A stretch of DNA of 64,000 bases from an uncultured Planctomycetaceae bacterium (GTDB lineage Bacteria; Planctomycetota; Planctomycetia; Planctomycetales; Planctomycetaceae): the NCBI GenBank assembly GCA_963813715.1, contig CAWFAK010000017.1:110230-174229 (forward strand). Reading direction: 5' to 3'. The notes beneath the pieces are model-generated. The model made no database searches. It was given only the letters and a program-made list of their open reading frames with translations, and was not told the origin of the DNA. The translations under genes were made by a program, and so were the position numbers. This document shows positions 57,864-64,000 of the stretch, one piece after another. Within the stretch, counting starts at the first letter, position 1. Each line of letters opens with the position of its first letter.

Positions 57864-58395
57864 ACGGATAGCGAATAAGCCAGTCGTCCTCGGAGCTGGC
57901 CGTTGGCTGCGTCTGGTTGAAGTCGACGGCTGGGAGTTCGTCGAACGGGTGAAAGCGACCGGCGTCGTGGCAATCGTCGCCGTCACGCCTGATGGCGAAT
58001 TGATTCTGACCGAGCAGTTTCGGCGGTCGGTGAACGGCCGCGTGATCGACTTGCCGGCCGGTTTGGCCGGCGACGGACCAGAAAGCGAAGAACTCGTGAC
58101 GGCCGCGCAACGCGAGCTGATCGAGGAAACCGGCTACGACGCCCGGCGATTCACGCTGCTCGCACACGCACCGACGTCGCCGGGACTGACGACCGAGGTC
58201 GTATCTTTCTTTCGAGCGGCCGGCTTGAAAAAAGTGGGCGCCGGCGGAGGCATCGAAGGAGAAGACATCGTCATCCACAAGGTCAAACTAACCCGGGCCG
58301 ACGCATGGCTCCGCCGCCAGGCGCGCTCGGGGAAACACATCGATTGCAAGGTATTCGCCGGGCTGCATTTCGCGCAGGCAGCCGGAGGGCGGTGA
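57853..58395 (+). CDS. NUDIX hydrolase (ADP-ribose pyrophosphatase-like)
   Basis: Nudix box GLAGDGPESEELVTAAQRELIEETGY. The ATG at 57853 overlaps the kinase stop by 11 nt. Confidence 0.8.
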   Translation: MAHKRIANKPVVLGAGRWLRLVEVDGWEFVERVKATGVVAIVAVTPDGELILTEQFRRSVNGRVIDLPAGLAGDGPESEELVTAAQRELIEETGYDARRFTLLAHAPTSPGLTTEVVSFFRAAGLKKVGAGGGIEGEDIVIHKVKLTRADAWLRRQARSGKHIDCKVFAGLHFAQAAGGR

Positions 58396-58479
58396 ACCAT
58401 CGGTCTCACGGTGACGTCTTAATTAGAGACCTCCATCGGCGAGACGTCTTCGTTGCGCAAGTGCGAATCAAGCTGGCGT

Positions 58480-59031
58480 CTACTTTTCGGACTGCCCCGC
58501 TAACGCCAGCAGCTTGAGCGTGGTGTTCCAGTTGCGGGCTGTGCCGCGCGTGCCGATCTTTTTTTCGATGATGACGTTGGTCAGTTTCGATTCGCCGATG
58601 CCGTCGGGGTAGACGAGGTAGAGGTGTTTGCCGTCGCCGCGGACGATCTCTCGGCCTTTGATCGCTTCCTGCAAGGCTTGCACGTCTTTGGCGCTCGCCG
58701 CCGACTTCAAAAACATGACAACCAGATGGCTGGGGTCGGTCTTCGCTTCTTTGGGAAACGGATTGGCGGCGACGACTTGGGCCAACTCTTTTTCACTGCG
58801 GATGACGTAGTCGGCGGCGACTCCGAATCGTTTCTCCGTTTCCTGTTCCAACTGTTTTTCGAGAGCTGAGGCCGACTTGCTGGCGGCAGTGAACACGAGA
58901 TTGCCGCTTTGCAGCAGCGTCTTGGCGCCGGTGAAACCCAAGCCGCCGACCATGTCGCGGAGGTCAGCCATGGGAACCGCATTTCGGCCGCCCACGTTAA
59001 TCCCGCGCAAGAAAGCGATGTGAACAGGCAT
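58480..59031 (-). CDS. DUF1697 family protein
   Basis: MPVHIAFLRGINVGGRNAVPMADLRDMVGGLGFTGAKTLLQSGNLVF is the characteristic DUF1697 N-terminus. Confidence 0.8.
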   Translation of the reverse strand: MPVHIAFLRGINVGGRNAVPMADLRDMVGGLGFTGAKTLLQSGNLVFTAASKSASALEKQLEQETEKRFGVAADYVIRSEKELAQVVAANPFPKEAKTDPSHLVVMFLKSAASAKDVQALQEAIKGREIVRGDGKHLYLVYPDGIGESKLTNVIIEKKIGTRGTARNWNTTLKLLALAGQSEK

Positions 59032-59110
59032 GGTGTGACCGGTTGTTGACTGAGCTTCCTGTAAGAACCTGCCGGTTCGCTTTCAGCGGCGTGGCGACGA
59101 CGGCGATTGA

Positions 59111-61408
59111 TTATCTGTCGCTCGCGGCTGGTAGCGGGTGCCGACCCAGCAGTAACACGAGCATCAGTCCTGCGAACACGATCACCGATGCCCAATCGAC
59201 GCTGCCCGCAAAGAGCCGCAAATAGGGCTCGGTCGGCCCTTTGGGACCCTCTAGCTTCTGGCCGAAATTGACTAGGTTCTTGACCCGTTCGAAGAACGGC
59301 AATTCCAGAAACGCGATCAGCACTCCCGCCAGTGTGCCGCCTGCAATGTAACCCGACGACAGGAGCACTCCCGGTCCTGTTTCCGATTCGGCGATCGCCG
59401 TGGCTTCGTCCACCTGGGCCGCCGCCGGCTTCGCCGTGAACCGGTCCACGGCGTACCGGATGAGGCCGCCCAGGAAGATGGGCGTCGTGTATTGCATGGG
59501 GATGTAGACGCCGACTGCGAAAGCCAGGGAGCCAACCCCGCACAACTCGAGGCCGACCGACGAGCATGGCTCCGATCAAGATCAAACTCCAGCTCAGCTT
59601 CTGTTGGAGCACGCCGCTGATAATGATGCCGATCACGGCAGTCTTCGGCGCACTCAAACTTCATTTTGACATCGCTGTCGTCGTCGCGCTTTTCCAGGCG
59701 GCCGGTGATGGCCGGATCTTCGAGCACGGCTGGTTTGCGATTGGCGTCAACCAGATACTTGCCGGGTTGCACGCCTTTGACGTCCTGCGGGTGCCAGATT
59801 CGATATTCCGTTCCCTCAAAGACCTGCCGGTCGGTGAGTGCGTCGTAGTCTCTTTCCGACAGCACGATGTCGGGGACCTGCTGGCGGCTGTAGACCGTGC
59901 CTGCCTGATTGAAGAGCGAGCAGAATGAATCCGATGACCAAGGCCGATGAGACCGCGCCGATGAGGATGGCCCACTGCTGGTAAATCGGCGTGGCGCCGA
60001 CCAGATAACCCGTCTTCAAATCCTGAGAGGTCGTGCCGCCGTTGGAGGCGGCGATGCAGACCACGCCCCCGATCGACAACGCGAGGACGCTCTCGACGGG
60101 GCTCGTCATGCCCAGGGTGAGGAAGATCAAGCAGGTGAGCGCGAGAGTGGCGACGGTCATGCCTGAGATCGGGTTGGACGATGAGCCAATCTCGCCGGTC
60201 AGCCGCGAGGAAACGGTGACAAAGAGAAAACCGAAGATCAGCACCAGTCCCGCGCCGAGCACGCCCTTGATCGAGCGCCGCTCACGCCGGCGAGGGTCAA
60301 CTCGCGAACGAGGAACACCGCCAGAAGGCGCCAAAAGTACCGCTGAACCGATCAGGACGGCCTTCCCAGACAGGTCGCGGTCGGTGCGCACGATGCGACT
60401 GGCCCCGCCGGCTCCGCGCAGGCTGCCCAGGCTGGAGCGGAACGAGCGGAACACGAGGGGCAAGGTCCGCATCATGCTGATGATGCCGGCGGCGGTCACG
60501 CAGCCTGCCCCGATAAAGCGGAGGTAGTTCTTCTGGATTTCACCCAGATTCATCTCATGGATCAGCTTGTCGCCGGGAGCGATCACGGTCGTCAGCTGGT
60601 CGCCGAAGGTCGCGATCGCCGGCACGATCACCAGATTGCCGATCACCGCGCCCGCCATCATGATGGACGCGACCCGCACGCCGATCACGTAGCCGACGCC
60701 GAGCAGCTCGGGAGCCATATCGGTGGCGATCACCGCGACTCGGTTGAAGAATTTGAGGGGGATGTTCACGGTCAGCCGCAAAAGCGTCATCCCCTCGATG
60801 AGGAATTTCACGAGGAAGGCGATGCCGAAGCCGATGAACACGGTCTGGCCGCTCGCGCCTCCCTTCTCGCCCGAGATCAGCACTTCGGCACAGGCCGTTC
60901 CTTCGGGGTAGAGCAGGGTATTGGGCTCACCCGGTTTGCCGTGCATGTTGACGATGAAAGCCCGCCGCAGCGGGATCATCATCAGGATGCCAAGCAAACC
61001 GCCGAGCACCGAAACGACCATCACGCGGACGATATCCATTTCGAAACCGAGCAGCATCAGCGCCGGCATGGTGACGCCGACGCCGAAGGCGATCGACTCT
61101 CCGGCCGAACCGGCCGTTTGCGTGATGTTGTTTTCCAGGATGGTGGCCGGACGCATGCCGAAGATCTTGCTGAACGCGCGGAACAGCGTGATCGACAGCA
61201 CGGCCACCGGGATCGAGGCGGAGACGGTCAGCCCGACCCGCAGCACCAAATAGAGCGACGACGCTCCGAAGACGATGCCCAGCAGCGCACCGGCGAGCAC
61301 GGCCTGGAACGTGAATTCCGGGATCGTCTGCTTGTCGGAAATGTAGGGCTGATGCAACGGGGCGATGCGCAGTGCCGCCGACAGCTTCGTGGACCTGGCT
61401 GTCCGCAT
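59111..61408 (-). CDS. OPT-family oligopeptide transporter, at least 4 frameshifts as assembled
   Basis: ORF 59816-61408 (EFTFQAVLAGALLG...TQTAGSAGESIAFGVG...SSNPISGMTVATL) continues through pieces in the frames of ORFs 59317-59865 and 58707-59657 and through ORF 59111-59545 (...SAPKTAVIGIIISGVLQQKLSW... / ...GSLAFAVGVYIPMQYTTPIFLGGLIRY). Confidence 0.75.
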
Positions 61409-61511
61409 CGCCCGGTGGCGATGCCAGTTCTCGGAGTGCGTCGGTCGGCTCGGTCATCACGTGGGCTCCGGCAGTGGGGGCGTAATCAGTCCGTCGCGGG
61501 CGTGGCGCCGG

Positions 61512-63367
61512 TCAACGAGTCGACCACTCGAAGCGCGCGAACTGCGGCGGACGCCGCCTGGTGCCGAGGCCACGGATCTCGATCTTGTCCAGGTCGCTCC
61601 AGCTTCGCAATGGCTGCCCGTCGTCTGTGACGAACTTCACGACGGGGAGCGAAACCCGCTGCCAGCCGGTAGCCCCGTCAGGCGTGGGGACTCGAGCCGT
61701 ATAAGTCTTCGACTGGGGCGTCCAATCATGGGCGGTGAGCCGCACCTCGAGTCCCGGCGGTTCATTGCCGTTCTTTTTCCAGGCTTGGCCGGGCTTGGGC
61801 GCCTTCTTTTCCAGAAATTCGCCCCGATATTCAAATGTCAGCGACATCCCGTCGCGTCCCGCGTAGCCCGGATCGCCCAGGTAGTGCGAGACGATGCCGA
61901 ATTGGAAGTGCTCGCCAAAGATCGCCGGGTTGAGGCAAACCGCATTCGGGTGCTGGGGATCGTCGGATTTCACGAAGTAACGCGAGCGAGATGTTCGGAT
62001 CGGTGTTGGCCGTCGCGATAGACGAACGGGGCTCCGGGATCGTCGGGTTCGGCCGCGGGCTCCGCCCTCCACGCCAGCGAGGCTGCGAGCCGGGCCCAGC
62101 CGATCGGGAGTCGCCCGGGCCGAGATTCGTGCTCAAGCAAACGCCCGAGTGATAGGTGACGTTCGCGAAGGCCCGCAGCAGATCGCCCGTCCGCACGACC
62201 GGCAGTGTTGCCTGCCAGGATCGGGCCGCCTTCAACGGTTGACGCCCGACGCCAGAACCGATTGGGCGACGGTTTTTCGCCCAGCGTATAAAACACCTCC
62301 ACTTTCTCGACCGGCGCCTGATCGGGAATTTGCACGTCGGCCAAGGGATCGCCTGCGGAGTCGAGCCGCAGTTCACTTTCGGCTCGGCGGGGAACGGCGG
62401 GCCGTCTTTGAGTTGCCAATCCATCCACGCCGGCAAGTTGTTGCCTTGGGCATCGTCGATATGGTGGTTGTAGCGCGGCGTGAAGGCGACCCGCCACGGC
62501 CCGCGGACTTGCCCGAGAATTTCGTAGGCGTTGTCCATCCAACCGTGAAAATCATTCGTTGCGTCCAGCAGGAGCAACGGACGGCGAATCGACGAGGCGT
62601 ACCCTTCGGCGCGAGGACCCGCTTGAACAACACGACCGCCGGTTCGAGTTCGGGGAAGCCCCAGGCGGTTTTGTGTTTGTCGAAGTTGTAACCGCAGCCA
62701 TAAATCGGCACCGCGGTCTTCACGCGTTCGTCGGTGGCGGCGACGAGCCAGCAAAGTGTTCCGCCAATGCTCACGCCGAAGATGCCCAGCCGCTCGCGAT
62801 CGACCTTGGGATGATACGAGAGGACGGTCAGGGCACGGCGGGCCACTAGGGCCCAGTGGTACCAGCTCGAAGAGCGGGGTGTCGGCCGGATTTGCAGTCC
62901 GCCGTTGGCGTGCTCCAGATTGGCCTGGGTTATGGGCCCCCAGTCGGTGACGTCCTTGCGACCTTGCCATGGACCCGTGAAATCGAAACTGACACAGACG
63001 TAGCCGCGCCGTCGCCCAGAACCGCACCCACTCGAGCGAGGCCGTCTGCCCGCCACCATGAATGTGCAAAATGCCCGGCAGATGCCTGCCGTCGGTCGGA
63101 GCTGCCGCGGATCGCGAACACGCGAACGCGTCCCTCAGGCTCGCGCTCGGCCGTAAAACGCAACGTCTCGAGATCCACGCCGTTTTCGTGCCAGCTGCGA
63201 ATCGTTTGGATTTCGAGCTCGGGCGAATCGACCCGAAAATCTCGCCAAAGCTTCTCGGGTGTGTCCAGAATGGGAGCCTGCGCGAATACGGGCGCTGGCC
63301 AACCCAGCAGTGCGGTCGCGAGGCCGATAATAAGAGGAGAGAGAAGAAGTTTGGTGAGTCGATTCAT
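61512..63367 (-). pseudogene. secreted alpha/beta hydrolase (acetyl-xylan-esterase/dienelactone-hydrolase-like) with C-terminal beta-sandwich domain; about 7 frame changes
   Basis: Signal peptide MNRLTKLLLSPLIIGLATALLGWPAPVFA, then LPGILHIHGGGQTA, nucleophile elbow GIFGVSIGG, LLLLDATNDFHGW and tail ...FVKSDDPQHPNAVCLNP...WSDLDKIEIRG. These are scattered over all three minus-strand reading frames. Confidence 0.6.
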
Positions 63368-63433
63368 CGGTGTGCGGAAGAATGTCGGTACGGATCGAAG
63401 GCTGCGAGCGGTCATGCTACCGGCGGCCGGAGA

Positions 63434-64000
63434 TCAAATCGATGCGGGTGCGGCATCGGTGTTGGGTGGCGCGGGCACGGCGAGCACATAGGTGAGATAT
63501 GCGAGCGCGAGAGTCCCTCCCAACGTGGCTTTCACCCAGCCCGGAAGTTGACTCGGCGAAATGAAGGCCTCGACCGACGCGGCGATCAACAGCATGGGAA
63601 TCGTGCCGGCGACAACTTGCACGGAACGGCGCGCGGCGAGGCGCAGCTCGACCGATCGTGAATAGTGCGCGGGAAAGATCAGCGCTTCCGCCATCAACAA
63701 CCCGGCCCCGCGCCGATCCAGATGGCGGGCAGCTCGAGCGAGCCGTGCCCGATGACAAACTCCACGAGTGCCGAAAAGAGCCCCGCCCGCATACATGCGG
63801 CAAAAATCGCCCCCAGCATGAGCCCGTTCAAAATCACCTGCCACACCGTTCCGATGCCGAACGTGATGCCCAACGCCCACACCAGCAGAGTCACGGTGAT
63901 ATTGTTGGTCGCGATACGGCTCGAGGCCTGCGGGGCGATGCTCGTGATGTGCTCGGTCCACAGATGTCCCTTGGCCATCCCCCGCATCGCCGGGCTGACA
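63434..64000 (-). CDS. SpoIIM-like (DUF95) membrane protein, 5' end outside window, frameshift at about 63710
   Basis: ...NNITVTLLVWALGITFGIGTVWQVILNGLMLGA...VIGHGSLELPAIWIGAG / ...LIFPAHYSR...IPMLLIAASVEAFISPS. Frame open to the window edge. Confidence 0.65.
   Translation of the reverse strand, partial: CQPGDAGDGQGTSVDRAHHEHRPAGLEPYRDQQYHRDSAGVGVGHHVRHRNGVAGDFERAHAGGDFCRMYAGGALFGTRGVCHRARLARAARHLDRRGAGLLMAEALIFPAHYSRSVELRLAARRSVQVVAGTIPMLLIAASVEAFISPSQLPGWVKATLGGTLALAYLTYVLAVPAPPNTDAAPASI

Noticed and set aside
1-64000. tRNA, rRNA, tmRNA, RNase P RNA or prophage/defence-island genes.
   Set aside because: I saw no cloverleaf-compatible segments, rRNA-like conserved blocks, or phage or defence protein motifs on either strand. 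A covariance-model scan would be needed for certainty.

Overview
GC-rich bacterial chromosomal segment. Gene content and the intergenic repeat families look planctomycete (Pirellulales-like); that assignment is an inference and was not computed.

Layout, left to right:
- 1-12 kb: a putative metal-efflux and signalling island, mostly on the minus strand. It holds an FHA Ser/Thr kinase, an NtrC-type sigma-54 activator, a CzcA-type RND pump with its adaptor, a single-domain receiver preceded by a -24/-12-like promoter, a His-rich mini-protein, a TRIC/UPF0126 channel and a PAS histidine kinase.
- 12-16 kb: housekeeping and oxidoreductase genes.
- 16-33.7 kb: the most unusual part. This is a head-to-tail minus-strand array of eight paralogous genes (six of about 815 aa, two of about 350 aa). 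They encode signal-anchored proteins built only from carboxypeptidase-regulatory-like beta-sandwich repeats. They are joined by 9-23 nt spacers or a TAATG overlap, apart from one 64-nt gap. The array contains an internally duplicated three-gene unit and is flanked upstream by paralog remnants.
- 33.7-34.5 kb: three tandem small single-pass membrane protein genes with an invariant HRERMAKIGMGIDPD motif, directly upstream of the array and on the same strand.
- 35-45 kb: a carbon cluster (transketolase, phosphoketolase, glycogen phosphorylase, cytochrome P460, phosphoglucomutase, HAD hydrolase).
- 48.4-50.1 kb: a non-coding island packed with several REP/MITE-like repeat families, G-quadruplex-prone GGGAC tracts and alternative hairpins.
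- 50.5-64 kb: small membrane proteins, a transglutaminase-like protein, an acyl-CoA ligase, hppD and hmgA, a kinase-SRPBCC fusion, a NUDIX hydrolase, a DUF1697 protein, an OPT transporter, a heavily disrupted alpha/beta hydrolase and a SpoIIM-like protein.

I recognised no rRNA, tRNA, CRISPR array, transposase or integrase.

Caveat: at least 25 single-nucleotide frameshifts interrupt otherwise convincing genes, including transketolase. Many sit at homopolymer runs, so most are probably assembly errors rather than biology. Coordinates of frameshifted genes are given read-through.
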